64,000 nt of DNA from the human T2T-CHM13v2.0 reference genome, Homo sapiens: NCBI RefSeq assembly GCF_009914755.1, contig NC_060928.1; one strand, 5' to 3'. Shown here one piece after another: positions 16,421 through 32,499 of this stretch. The translations under genes and the position numbers were made by a program. Below the pieces are notes generated by a model. That model searched no databases. It had not been told where the DNA came from and saw only the letters and a list, made by a program, of their open reading frames with translations. Each line of letters begins with the position of its first letter. Within the stretch, counting starts at the first letter, position 1.

Positions 16421-17928
16421 GTAAGTTCTCTTGGCATTTGCCCTTAGGTAGAAATTAATAATTGAAGAAGCAGCCCTGTGTTTAAAAACAGTTAGTGTCA
16501 GATGTCACGCAATGGAATGTGACCAATCCCCTAATGAGATGACCCAAACTGTCCATAATTTTCCAGAGATAGACTTAATTCTCACACTTGCTTGCAATGT
16601 TCATCTGTGTTCTTATACTTAAAGAACATTTAATATGTTCTAGAATATTATGTTCTACTTCAAGAACTATGCCAAAAATTCCAACTGGATTTTTCACTAA
16701 ACCCTAAATTACTTGTCTACTTTGAATTTGCTAAATTGTGCATTGTATTTTTTTTTACTCTGTGTTTCTAATTGCTGATGAATTAATATTCACATTTTTG
16801 CCCCCACTCCCATTTTTCACATTTTTAAATGTAATAGCCTTATCTGATATCAAATACCTCTACTGATTCAACCTAAGTACTAATTGCACATTTTTACAGA
16901 TTTATTATAACTGTATGGACTCTTCTAGCTTAGTAGTTTATGTGTTGCTGGATTTTATTGTATCCCTTCTTTGTCTGATACAGTCTAGTTCTGCACCATC
17001 AGCTGGTTTGTATATAATATTTGCAATTCCTTTCTTTGTGGCTGGATGCTCTATTCCCAGGGCTTGGGATCTGGACATACAATAGAATTTAAATGATCCT
17101 CTTCCAAACCCCACTTTGGTAGTTGAATTCCCATATTCAGCTCTGGGAATAAGCCAGGGCACTTAGCTATGTGGTTATGTATGAGATATACATTCCGTTT
17201 TTTTGCTCAATAAATTTTCACATCAGTTGCTCTGGTACCTGCAAATTGCCTTAGCATGTACTTTAAACTCTTGCACAATCTCCCTTTCCTTGCCTGAGCT
17301 GATGTATATTGATTTATTTATCACTTCCTTAACTTCATTTTATAATCTTTTTAGCTCTCCCAAATGCCTCTTTCTCAAATTTGATTACTTCTTGTTTTTC
17401 TTATTTATCTATTTTGGTCCATTTTATTCAGGGTATTTTCCTTACTAGTTGAGCCTTCCGATTCTTGGGCAAGATTAGTTGCCCTTTAATAATTGCCATT
17501 TTTGGGATTTTGTATAGTTATTGATTACATATATTTAATTTCATATACTTTGAGTCAGCTTCCAACGTTTGTTTTCTTTAAACTGTTTACCCATTAAATG
17601 TTACCTTAGTGATAATTGATTGTAGTCAGTATTTCAGCTGGTCCGCTGTATATTTCTAATCTGTCATTCACGTTACTACTGAATAAGTTGGATGCTGTTC
17701 CATTTTTACCATTTCATGTTAAGAAACAATATTTTCCCCACACCCACAAATTACTCACTAATTTTTATTTTTACCACTAGACATATTATCTCTGATATTT
17801 TGGTTCATAGGAATACACTGATACATTTACTCACTTCATTAAAATGTTCCTCATTGTCTATGTTTTTCTTTGTGTGTGTTTATATTTGTTTATATATAAG
17901 GAAAGGCTATCTCACTATTTGTTCTAAC

Positions 17929-18118
17929 ACAGGAGTTCCAAAACTTGGTTATGTATCAGAATCACATGAGGAGCTTTGAAAAATACAGATTCCCTAGGAT
18001 TTACTTCGAACTTGCAGATTTGAATTTCCTGATAAAGGTCCCAAGAACCTATATTTGAATAAGCCTCCACTGAGAATCTTTGGCAAGTCAGTCTTCTGAT
18101 AGGCATTTGGAAACCAAT
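17929..18118. mobile_element. MER5-type hAT-Charlie MITE
   Basis: tcagaatcacatgaggagctttgaaaaatacagattccc...tttggaaacca. Confidence 0.7.
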
Positions 18119-18136
18119 ACTAAATATTTCTCCATT

Positions 18137-18574
18137 TGAAATTGACCCAAGTCCCACAGACAGGTTGTGAGTTTTTCTTTTTGTTTTAATAAACATAGAA
18201 ATTGACCCTTCTGGTCTTAAAGCTTGAAACTCACCAGGTCCAGACAATGAGATACCAGGCCCCTCAAAAGGTATTGAAGAACTGAAACTCACCAGATTAT
18301 CACATCCAGACAATGAGACATCAGGCCCCTTATTCATCATGATTGCCTCCTTACTCCTCCCTTGTTCCTGTTTTCCCACACATAGTTACATTTCTTCCCT
18401 GCTATAAAACCCCTAATTTTAGTCAGAGAGTTGGATTTGAGACTGACCTCCCATCTCCTTGGCTGTGGCACCAGATGGAAGCCTTCTTCCTCGGCAGTAA
18501 CTGCTGTCTCAGTAATTGGCTTTCTGTGTGGCGAGCAGCAGGACCCAGACCGAACCCCTGGTGTTTAGTTAACA
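18137..18574 (+). mobile_element. Solo LTR (LTR47/LTR54-like; exact family uncertain)
   Basis: tgaaattgaccc...gtttagttaaca, perfect 4-bp TSD catt, ctataaaa TATA box. Confidence 0.8.
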
Positions 18575-19715
18575 CATTCGGGACTAATTGTGTTTAAATA
18601 CTTGGGGTAAATGAAATAATACAGATGACAAAGCTACATATATTTATGAGGAGCTCTATTTTGATCATCTATTTGGTTTTCAGTCTGGTGTCTAGGACTT
18701 CTTCGAGGGCTGGAACTTACTTCAGCTTGTTCACCCATGAATTCCCTAGACCTTGACTCCTTCCTGACACATGGGAGTGCGCCATCCATGTTTGCTAAAT
18801 ATAGAGACTGTCTGACCCATTATCAATGGGCATGGCTTCATGAGTGTCTATCAGGACATGTTTGAAGGCAGTTCTTTGAAAAATAATATATCATTAAAAG
18901 AAAGAAACACCTCTCTGGAGAAGCAGGAGGGAGTAGGGAGAAAACATGAGCGAGGAAATGGGTAGAAAAACAGGCAAATGTTGGAAGCATGCAGAAAATG
19001 ATTTTGAAAGCATCAAAAGTTGACGTATAACAGCCACCTTTCTTTTAAGGTCATTTATAGAAAATATCTCAGTGTACTGAATGTTTCACTGTTACAACAG
19101 GATAGTGTTACTCCTGGTCATATCGTTTAGTCTGTTGCCCACAAAAATGGAATTTTGAAATAAAAACAGACATCCTTCAGAAGAATTTTTAATTTTATTT
19201 TCTGTTTCCTGAGAGAGAAACAAAGTAATAGAAGATACATTGCAAAAAAAAAAAACCACATTGTAACATAAGAAAATTTATTTTCCTAGTTTCTACAGCG
19301 ATAAATGAAGATTTGTGTATGTGTGTGTGTTTATTTCTTCAACTTCATGTTCTTCCTAGGCAGATCAAAGGCAGTCTTTTCAAGATTTGTATATTTTAGC
19401 ATGAAATTAGTGCATAGACTCTGATTTATCAGGAAACATTTATTTCTAATCACTGAATAACAACAAATGAATAACTAAGAACTCTCATTAGAACACTGAC
19501 TGAAAATGAGTTAATCTATCCCAATTTCAGAGTTTTAGTATCTTTCATTCCAACCTTAGCTACAGTTTGCACTCTGGTGTCATATGTGTGCTGCACAGGG
19601 TTTCTTAAAGCTACAGAGAAATCACTGCAAGAAAGCTGTGCTTCCTAGCTGCATCTTTATAAACAGTTATTATCTTACCCAGAAGTGGGCCAGATAGTAA
19701 AATTGCAAAACAGGG

Positions 19716-20075
19716 TGTATTAGTCCATTTTCATACTGCTATGAAGAAATACCCGAGATTGGGTAATTCATCAAGAAAAAGAGGTTTAACAGACGCATAG
19801 TCCACATGCCTGGGGAGGCCTCACAATCATGGTGGAAGGTGAAGGAGGAGCAAAGGCACGTCCTACATGATGGCAGGCAAGAGAGTGTGTGCAGGGGAAC
19901 TGCCCTTTATAAAACCATCAGGTCTCATGAGACTTATTCACTATCATGAGAACATGGGAAAAACCTGCCCCAGTGATTCAGTTACCTCTCACTGGGTCCC
20001 ACCCACAACACGTGAAGATTATGGGCGCTATAATTCAATATGAGATTTGGGTGGGGACACAGACAAACTATATCA
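19716..20075 (-). mobile_element. THE1 (B/C) MaLR solo LTR
   Basis: tgtattagtccattttcatactgct...gggtggggacacagacaaactatatca; perfect 5-bp TSD caggg. Confidence 0.93.
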
Positions 20076-20139
20076 CAGGGGAGGTGTAATCAAGAGGTTC
20101 TCCCACCCATTGTTAAACTTCCTTATTATTAAACTTGTA

Positions 20140-20765
<626 letters not shown>

Positions 20766-21004
20766 TCACTAGTTGATAATGCAGAATGTTTCAATGGGTT
20801 TATAGTTATTCATGGATATAGATTTTACCCAAGGTTTAATATTTATGGAAAAATTTACATAATATCAACATTTAAAAAAGAAAGGTAATATTAAAACATA
20901 TTTAATAACTACAAAATATAGAATTATTGAAAATTAAATTCAAGGACCCATAAATGTACACAATTATATGTCAATTAAAAATAATATCTCTTTAAATTTA
21001 AAAA

Positions 21005-22266
21005 AAGCCTATTTCTGTCAGTTCATCAAACTTATTCTCCATCCAGTTTTGTTCCCTTGCTGGTGAGGAGTTGTGATCCTTTGAGGGAGAAGAGGTGTTC
21101 TGTTTTTTGGAATTTTCAGCCTTTTTGCACTGGTTTTTTCCTCATCTTCGTGGATTGATTTACCTTTGGTCTTTGATGTTGGTGACCTTTGGATGGGGTT
21201 TTTGTGTGGACGTCCTTTTGTTGATGATGCTATTACTTTCTGAGGTGTCTGTCGATCCCTTCTGGGAGGTGTCTCCCTAGTCAGGAGGCACGGGCATCAG
21301 ACACCCACTTTGGGAGGCTGTCTGTCCCTTAGCAGAGCTCAAGCGCTGTGCTGGGAGATCTGCTGCTCTCTTCAGAGCCAGCAGGCAGGAACATTTAAGT
21401 CTGCTGAAGCTGCGACCACAGCCACCCCTTCCCCTGGGTACTCTGTCCCAGGGAGATGAGAGTTTTATCTGTAAGTCCCTGACTGGGGCTGCTGCCTTTC
21501 TTTCAGACATGCCCTGCCCAGAGAGGAGGAATCTAGAGAGGCAGTCTGGCCACAGTGGCTTTGCCAAGCTGTGGTGGGCTCTGCCCAGTCCGAACTTTCC
21601 AGAGGCTTTGTTTACACTGTGAGGGGAAAAACGCCTACTCAAGCGTCAGTAATTGTGGACGCCTCTCCCCCACCAAGATGGAGTGTCCCAGGTCAACTTC
21701 AGGCTGCTGTGCTGCCAGTGGGAATTTCAAGCCAGTAGATCTTAGTTTGCTGGGCTCCATGGGGGTGGGATCCACTGAGCTAGACCACTTGGCTCCCTGG
21801 CTTTAGCCCCCTTTTCAGGGGAGTGAACGGTTCCGTCTCCCTGGCATTCCAGGCACCACTGGGGTACAAAAAAGAAAAAAAAAAAACCTCCTGCAGCTAG
21901 CTCAGGGTCTGCCCAAATGGCTGCCCAGTTCTGTGCTTGAAACCCAGGGCTGTGGTGGTGTAGGCACCTGAGGAAATCTCCTGGTCTGCGGGTTGCGAAG
22001 ACTGTGGAAAAAGTGTAGTATCTGGGCCGGAATGCCCATGACACCTAGCCATGGCTTCCCTTGGCTAGGGGAGGGAATTCACCAACCCCTTGAGCTTCCC
22101 GGGTGAGGCAGTGCCACATCCTGCTTTGGCTCACTCTCTGTGGGCTGCACCCACTGTCTAACCAGTCCCAATGAGAGGAGCCAGGTACCTCAGTTGGAAA
22201 TGCAGAAATCACCCACCTTCTGCGTTGATCTCGCTGGGAGCTGCAGACCGGAGCTGTTCCTATTTG

Positions 22267-22268
<2 letters not shown>
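21005..22268 (-). mobile_element. L1PA (about PA7/8) near-complete 5'UTR plus the first ~140 nt of ORF1; inverted part of a twin-primed L1
   Basis: Reverse complement of gccaaataggaacagctccggtctgcagctccc at 22268; ORF1 ATG at about 21145. Confidence 0.9.
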
Positions 22269-23310
<1,042 letters not shown>

Positions 23311-23339
23311 TTAATAAATTATTTAAAAAAATAAATTAA

Positions 23340-24040
23340 GGAGATCTTAGAGTTCTGTAATCTATTTTACTGTCCCATGTACATAGAAACATCCATAAGT
23401 CTTTGTGGATATTTGGTAGCTATATAACTCATGGTCTTTTTGAGTCAGCAAATTCTATTGTTGAAAATTATAATTGTTAGGTAGAACTTTCTTAAATTTA
23501 GAGGAAATTATTTTCTTGACGGTTAAGCTCTGTCCTAATAGGAAATTGTTTTCTGTGTCAGCCAGTTCTACTGCTGGACAGCTATAATAATTAGGTAGGA
23601 TTTTTATATATATATAATATATATTACATATATATTTATCAAAGTCTTTTTTTATTTAATTTTTGCAAGGCCTACACTCAAGAAAAGGTTAGATTAAATG
23701 TATTCCACTGTTCACGTGACAATTCTTGAAATATTTGAAGACAGCTGTCATGTCCCCTGAGTCTACTATCTAGCCCTAAATATGGTTTCTCAACCATTCA
23801 TTATAGGAAACCTTTATGACACCATTTGAAGAAATTGATTGCTCTCCTCTAGATACCTTAATGTATAAATGCCTTTTTAAAGGTACAACAAGAAGGACGT
23901 TTGGCATGCCAGATGGGGTACAACGGTTTCTGAGTATATGAGGATTATTCTTCCTGGGTGTTATACTTCTGTTACCACAGCCTGGGGCTGCATTAGTTTT
24001 TTTAGAGATTGAATCAAGCAACTGGATCCTCTAAACTCCC
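23340..24040 (-). mobile_element. L3/CR1 fragment
   Basis: aaatatttgaagacagctgtcatgtcccc...tatacttctgttaccacagcctggggctgcattag matches the reversed L3 RT region. Confidence 0.7.
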
Positions 24041-24337
24041 TAGGATGTTTTTCTCCTTCCTCTGTCCTTTTCTTTTGTGATAGGTTTCTGGGAAACAACA
24101 GAAGAGCTTTATTTGTAATACCATATACATTGTTAAAGTAAATATTACTTAATTTTAATTCCATAGAGTTACAACTTAAACATTTAAGTTTGTGTGTGTT
24201 TATAAACATAATTGATAAGTGAAATATTTTCCCCTTAGTTTATTAGATTCTTTGGGATTACCTATTGCTATAATTTTCTAACTGTGCAGTATAATCTTTG
24301 ATACACTTGTTTCAAGTATATCAATGTTAAAAATATT

Positions 24338-24640
24338 GGCTGGGCATGGATGGCCCATGCCTTTAATCCCAGCACTTTGGGAGGCAGATATAGACAGATC
24401 ATTTGAGCCCAAGAGTTTGAGCAAGACCAGCCTGGGCAACATGGTGAAACCCTGTCTCTACAAAAAATAAAAAAATTAGCCAGATGTGGTGATGTGTGCC
24501 TTTAGTCCCAGCTACATGGGAGGCTAAGGTGGGAAGATCACTTGAGTCTGGGCAGTCGAGGCTGCAGTGAGCCCATGATCACACCACTGCACTCCAGCCT
24601 GGGTGACAGAGTGAGACCCTGTCTCAAGAAAAAAAAAAAA
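24338..24640 (+). mobile_element. AluJ
   Basis: gatcatttgagccc and gcagtcgaggctgcagtgag J diagnostics. Confidence 0.92.
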
Positions 24641-25361
24641 TTAAATATATCATTGGTAAATTTTTATGTGAATTATTAATTTATAGGCTTTTTCCATTCC
24701 ATTCATGTTACTTCTAAGATAATCTGCTCGCATAACGACCATTTAAAAAATTTAAACATCAATAGTAAAATGAATAATAAATAAAAATTATACTAAAGAC
24801 CGTATGAGGTACACAACCAGGCAAAAATAAGCCATGATGTTTGACATTAGGATAGTGGTTATCCTTGGGCTTCAGTGGATTGTAATAGAAGTGGGGATGG
24901 GGACTGGTTATAGGATGTGGATCATTTGTTTCTTGGTCTGGAAATTAGATATATGATTGATGAAAAGTCATCTTGTGTCCAGAATTTATTCCTTCTGGTG
25001 GGTTCTTGGTCTCGCTGACTTCAAGAACGAAGCCACGGACCCGCACGATGAGTGTTACAGCTCTTAAAGATGGTGTGTGCAGAGTTTGTACCTTCAGATG
25101 TTCAGATGTGTCTGGAGTTCCTTCTGGTGAGTTCATGGTCTTGCTGACTTCAGGAGTGAAGCTGCAGACCTTCGCAGTGAGTGTTACAGCTCTTAAAAGG
25201 TGGCACGTCTGGAGTTGTTTGTTCCTCCCAGTGGGTTCGTGGTCTCGCTGACTTCAGGAATGAAGCCGCAGACCCTCATGGTGAGTGTTACAGCTCATAA
25301 ATGTAGTGTAAACCCTAAGAGTGAGCAGCAGCAAGATTTACTATGAAGAACAAAAGAACAA

Positions 25362-25749
<388 letters not shown>

Positions 25750-25789
25750 TTATTTGGCCCCGCCCACGTCCCACTGACTGGTCCATTTT

Positions 25790-26310
25790 ACAGAGCGCTG
25801 ATTGGTGCATTTTTACAGAGTGCTGATTGGTGCGTTTACAAACCTTTAGCTAGACACAGAGTGCTGATTGGTGTGTTTTTACAGAGTACTGATTGGTGTG
25901 TTTACAAACCTTTAGCTAGACACAGAGTGCTGATTGGTGCATTTTTACAGAGTGCTGATTGGTGCGTTTACAAACCTTTAGCTAGACACAGAGCACTCAT
26001 TGGTGCGTTTTTACAGAGTGCTGATTGGTGCGTTTACAAACCTTTAGCTAGACACAGAGCACTGATTGGTGCGTTTTTACAGAGTGCTAATTGGTGCATT
26101 TACAAACCTTTAGCTAGACACAGCGCTGATTGGTGAGTTTTTACAGAGTGCTGATTGGTACATTTACAATCCTTTAGCTAGACACAGAGCACTGATTGGT
26201 GCGTTTTTACAGAGTGCTGATTGGTGCATTTACAATCCTTTAGCTAGACACAGAGTGCTGATTGGTGTGTTTTTACAGAGTGCTGTTTGGTGCATTTACA
26301 ATTCTCCAGC
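25790..26310 (-). promoter_or_regulatory. LTR12 U3 tandem enhancer repeats with 15 CCAAT (NF-Y type) boxes
   Basis: 15 ATTGG counted by eye, about 61-bp period. Confidence 0.75.
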
Positions 26311-27155
26311 TAGACAGAAAAGTTCTCCAACTCCCCAGTCGACCCAGGAAGTCCAGTTGGCGTCACCTCTCTGTCTGTGTACTTACAATGGGTACTTGTT
26401 TCTCTACGTATCTTATATTTCAATAGAAACTTTTCAAAGATGTTTCCATAATGGGAACTATAATCACATTCTCTAAACTGTTGAATGAATTCGGTAAGCT
26501 GTTATAAAGGCAAAGCCTATGTTCAGACTTCCATCCGGGAGAAGTGTTACTTCATTCACAATGCTGTCCTTACTGTGATTATATTTCAGAGAAGCACAAT
26601 GGAATTACTACAATTTTGCAATAACTAAAATATTGCACCTATAAAAAGGGAAGCTTTGTCCCTTCCACAGGGCTCTTCGAATGTGGTGATGCCATGTGGA
26701 AGCTGGGGCTTTTGGAAGTTGGTTATGATTGAGTGGTGAGATCTCTTCACTCTCCCTCTCACTACTTCTTCATTCTAGAAAGAGTAGTAAATACTTATTT
26801 TTCTAACTGACTAAAGACTCTTATATTTATTTGTTCTATTGATGGTAGACCTTGCGTGATGCTTTCCTATATCTCTATTGAAATCTTCTGAAAGTGACAG
26901 AATGTTCCCATTAAAAACAATTTACTGCCACTTTGCTTCAAGACACTGGACCAAACTATAATTAATAGTGAGTTAGAGAGAATGGAGTTAGTAGGTACTG
27001 GTGACTAGAGGTGGAAAGATCAACAAAGAGAAGGAATGAGATACTACAATAGAAGAAGCAGACAAGGGCCATTGAAATAGAAAAAAAGTAGAGAGGAAAA
27101 AGAACTGAGAAATGAGAAACAAAGGGACAGAAAGATAAAAAAGAGAGACAAAATG

Positions 27156-27492
<337 letters not shown>

Positions 27493-28098
27493 TTAAACAG
27501 TGATCACTGTTCCTCATCCTTCCCCTCCCCACCCCATCCTAATTCTGCCATAGCCTCTCTTTCCTACCCACTTCGTCTGAAACTTGTTGGCCTGGTCCTG
27601 TAGACAACTTCCCCACCTTCCCTCACTCAGGAAATCCTTCTTTTCTTTTTTCCTTATTACTGTAATTCTTGTAATGAACATTTGTTGAGGGCCACATACT
27701 CTGGTTGGCTCTGAGGATAGCGGGGAAATACAGCACAAGGTCCTGCCCCTTGGATGCATTCTCTTGTGCTATGTCTTTCTGTGGCTACGGTCACCCTTAC
27801 TGAGAAGGTGTGATTGGGATCCTATTCCTTGATGGATTACTCTCAGGATGATTCAGTTGTATCAGGCAGTATTACTTACTCAAATTATAAGGTTCTACAG
27901 TTAAACCCCATATTTTACAATTCTGCATGTGTTTGAAAGTTTAATTCTGCACATATCTAAACATACATAGCTAGATAGATATAGATCGAGTTTGGCTTTA
28001 GTTTGCAGTTATACTATTTTATATTATTATATCATTATATTTGGTTCAGGGCTTGCAATTGTTTTCATTCAGTCTCTTGTTCTATGTTATAAAGGCCA

Positions 28099-28388
28099 GG
28101 CCAGGTGTGGTGGCTCACACCTGTAATCCCAGCACTTTGGGAGGCCGAGGAGAGTGGCTCACCTAAGGTCAGGAGTTCGAGGCCAGCCTGACCAACATGG
28201 TGAAGCCCCGTCTCTACTAAAAATACAAAAATTAGCCAGTGTGGTGGCACATGCCTGTAATCCCAGCTACTCGGGAGGCTGAGGCAGGAGAATCGCTTGA
28301 AGCAGGAGGTGAAGGTTGCAGTGAGCTGAGATCTCACCACTGCACTCCAGCCTGGGCAACAGAGTGAGACTGTCAAAAAAAAAAAAAA
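28099..28388 (+). mobile_element. AluSx-like
   Basis: cacctaaggtcaggagttcgag; flanks aaaggcca/aaaggtcca. Confidence 0.93.
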
Positions 28389-29124
28389 GGTCCAGGTCAT
28401 AGAGAAACAAATGTTTCTTAAGTGCCTACTTTATGTCAGTGGCTTTCCTGGATAAGTAAGATTGGATAAATAAGACATACAGTATTTATGTTTCAGAAAG
28501 AAATTAAAAAAGAAAAACAACCAAAACCCTGTATCCCAGATAACTAATTCAGGAATCATTGGTTGAGGAGACCTGATGGATCTTAGTTTAGCCTTTTAAA
28601 TGTTAAAATGTTCAGCTTTTCTCACATGTGACATTTGCTGGTCTAGATAGCCTTAATTTTACAGCCGCCAAAATTTCTTTGGTATGGCAAATGCAGACAG
28701 AAGACTAATCTTGTGGGATTAAGTAGAGTTAAAAACTATTTACAAATAAATTTTAGAGTGTGAATAAATGGACAGACATTACTATGTGTCTCACATAGCA
28801 ATGGCACATGCGCCCACAGTGCAGTAGTAGATTTCCCCTGGTACCCCGGCATCAGCACTAGTTTACTTTTAAGAGCAGGGCTGAGCTCTTTGGGAGCACA
28901 TTACTACTTCTTAAGTGTTTTTTCTGCTATCTCAGGATATCCCGCATGATATTCTGACTACTTTAGAGGCCTGGGCAACTACGCTCCATTCATCATCAGT
29001 GTGAAAGAAATCTACACATTACATACGGTTAAGGATATTTCTTTGTCCTTTTTGTGTTGCAATTTAAATCAGAGCCAATGTGGTGTATTTTAGCTGCGTT
29101 TTAGGTATGTAAAATTTTCAGTAC

Positions 29125-29204
29125 TATGGTTGCTGCAAATGTAATTGTGGTTTTTGCCATTGCTTTTAGTGGCAAAAACCACAATTACTTTTGCACCAAC
29201 CAAA
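29125..29204. mobile_element. MADE1 (Hsmar1-derived MITE)
   Basis: 80-bp near-palindrome ggttgctgcaaatgtaattgtggtttttgcca...tggcaaaaaccacaattacttttgcaccaacc. Confidence 0.93.
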
Positions 29205-29479
29205 TACTAAAATAAACTTTTTTCATTATATAAATTTGATACCATGATATAGACTTAAGAAATCAAACCTTAAAAATATCTAGTTCAAATGGCATACTAT
29301 TATAGTAAATGATGTAATAATTTTAAGCAATTAAACATTATCACTTAACCATATTCTCCTACATGATTGGCATTTTAATGCAAGTAGTGTCAGTTAAAGA
29401 GAAAAGTTCTTTTGATAAAAGCTCTATTGATATAATAACTAAAGTCAAAGTTAATTCTAAATAGTAAATAAATCGATCA

Positions 29480-29870
29480 ATGCACATTTATTGGGGGTAA
29501 TTCTGTGTTTTCTGCACAATTCCAGAGTTGCGGAAGATAACATAATTCCCTTTCTAAAGCAGAAAGAAAAATACAAGGGAATTTCTAATTAAATGATTGA
29601 TTATATGGCATAAGTGTATTTGCTATAGAAGTTAAGAAGAGAGCTATGAAAGCGGGAATGAAAATTTGAACTAGCAAGGTTAGATCAGATTTAAATGACT
29701 GGAAGAAAGTAGGAAAGATATTTTTGGCAAACCTAAAAGCTGGGATTGAATGTGTGAGGCTCTGAGGTGAGGCCACTCTGTGAGTACAGCTGTCAGTGTA
29801 TGTTGAAGTGAAGCAGGATAGGGGCTAATGTGGAGAATAGGGCTAAGTTATAAAGAGACCTGAAGGCCAT
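29480..29870 (-). mobile_element. L2 fragment
   Basis: cacatttattggggg...gagacctgaaggccat, degenerate L2-like. Confidence 0.45.
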
Positions 29871-29887
29871 GAAAACAAACAGAAGTA

Positions 29888-30500
<613 letters not shown>

Positions 30501-30868
30501 TACCATCCAACATCACGAGGAGGCTCTCGGCCTAAAAAGTTACACAACCCTATGAAAGAGGTATTATTATCCTAATTTTCGAGTTGATATACTGAGTGTC
30601 CACAAATTACTACTATGGCAGTTAAAATGGAAATTTCTACTTACCTGAAAGCACAATACAGCATTTACTCTGAGTTCAATTGCAATAAAAGGAAAATATT
30701 TAATCAATAATTTAATCAGTATATAGAGACAGCAATACTGTGTGCCAAACACCGTTGGTGGTACTAAAGATATAACTTGGGGACTTTGTAATTAACTAAA
30801 TATTTTGTTATACTTATTTCTTCATTTATCTATATGCATTTTATATGCTCAGCTACTAATATTTTCTT

Positions 30869-31456
30869 TTTTTCATTATTTATTATACTTTAAGTTCTGG
30901 GATACATGTGCAGAATGTGCGGGTTTGTTACATAGGTATACATGTGCCGTGGTGGTTTGCTGCACCTATCAACCTGTCATCTAGGTTTTAAGCCTCGCAT
31001 GCATTAGGTATTTGTCCTAATGCTATTCCTCCCCTAGCCCCCCACCCCCTGACAGGCCCCAGTGTGTGATGTTCCCCTCCCTGAGTCCATGTGTTCTCAT
31101 TGTTCAACTCCCACTTATGATTGGGAACATGTGGTGTTTGGTTTTCTGTTCCTCTGTTAGTTTGCTGAGAATGATGGTTTCCAGCTTCATCCACGTCCCT
31201 CCAAAGGACATGAACTCATGCTTTTTTATGGCTGCATAGTATTCCATGGTGTATATGTGCCACATTTTCTTTATCCAGTCTATCATTGATGAGCATTTGG
31301 GTTGGTTCTATGTCTTTGCTATTGTGAATAGTGCTGCAATAAACATACATGTGCATGTGTCTTTATAGTAGAATGATTTATAATCCTTTGGGTATATACC
31401 CAGTAATGGGATTGCTGGATCAAATGGTATTTCTGGTTCTAGATCCTTGAGGAATT
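30869..31456 (-). mobile_element. 5'-truncated L1PA (PA8-like) 3' end
   Basis: ttattatactttaagttctgggatacatgtgcag...; [20 protein letters not shown]; ttttctt at both flanks. Confidence 0.93.
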
Positions 31457-31778
31457 TTCTTCTGTCAACATTTACTTTGGTTTATTCTGAATTTCAGCCT
31501 AACCATTCCCTACCCTTATGCTTTGAAGACAAGACAGGAAACAGGTACCAACAAGCACAATACCAGTGATGAAAATCACAGTTGTAAGTTTCCTCTGGTG
31601 TGGAGCCACCTAGTGAAAGTAAAAGCAGATTGTTAAATATTTCAGAAGTTTGATGGCTGATTGTTATAGTTTATAGTTTATATGTTATAGTTTATAGATT
31701 GTTATATAGCTTGAAATTAGCCATCACAGGGTGCATCTACATCACAGAAATTGGCAAACATTACTGACAGTATGATTG

Positions 31779-31934
31779 ATATATATATATATATATATAT
31801 ATGCTATTAAATGTGTATATATGTAAAATGTGATATATATGCTATTAAATTTGTATATATATGCTATTAAATGTGTATATTATATATGTGTGTGTATATA
31901 TGTGCTATTAAATGTGTATATTATATATGTGTGT

Positions 31935-31975
<41 letters not shown>
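31779..31975. repeat. (TA)n, four gctattaaat(g/t)tgtatat units, then (TG)n
   Basis: Directly visible tandem arrays. Confidence 0.92.
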
Positions 31976-31976
<1 letters not shown>

Positions 31977-31977
31977 C

Positions 31978-32383
31978 TGTTCTATTTTCAGTGGCTCGCT
32001 GCACAGAACTGCCAGGGAAGAAGACTTTTTATTTGGGTGAAGTCAACCAGAGGGATGAGAGCCAAACCTCAAATCCATCTCTCCAAATTGATTAAAATTG
32101 GTGTGTTGACATAGTGGGGGGGAAATATAACTACATGTGGGAAACAGGAATTAGAGGAATTAGGGAAGGGTGAGGAAGCAATCACGATTGATGGGGGCTC
32201 TGGCTTCTCCTTGTCTGGGTGCCAGGATCTGGTGAGTCCCTTGCCTGAGGTTTGGTTTCCTGAGGAAGGAACCCAGAGGAGACAAATGTTAAGTTTGAAG
32301 TTTCAAGATCAGGAGGATCAATCTCTATGTTTATTGAAAAAACCCCATAAATATCAGTTCTATGGGAAAATTGGGCCAGTTTT
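31978..32383 (-). mobile_element. LTR of the same family as 18137-18574
   Basis: Reverse complement aaactggcccaattttcccatag...aataaacatagagattgatcctcctgatcttgaaac parallels the start of the 18137 LTR. Confidence 0.7.
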
Positions 32384-32499
32384 ATATAAATATGTGTAAT
32401 ATGTGTACGTATAATTTTGAAGTGCTTTAGTAACAGTTGCTTTGTTCATTTATTGATTCCATAAATACTGAATATGTATACATATTGTAAATATGTCAT

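Noticed and set aside
17924-18597. 151-aa and 84-aa ORFs
   Set aside because: They lie across MER5 and LTR sequence and are chance frames.
25790-26310. Regular repeat array superficially like a CRISPR array
   Set aside because: Units are near-identical with no unique spacers; these are LTR12 U3 repeats in primate DNA, with no cas genes.
29125-29204. Strong hairpin that could be a novel miRNA
   Set aside because: It is a MADE1 MITE. Some MADE1 copies yield miR-548, but nothing here shows processing.
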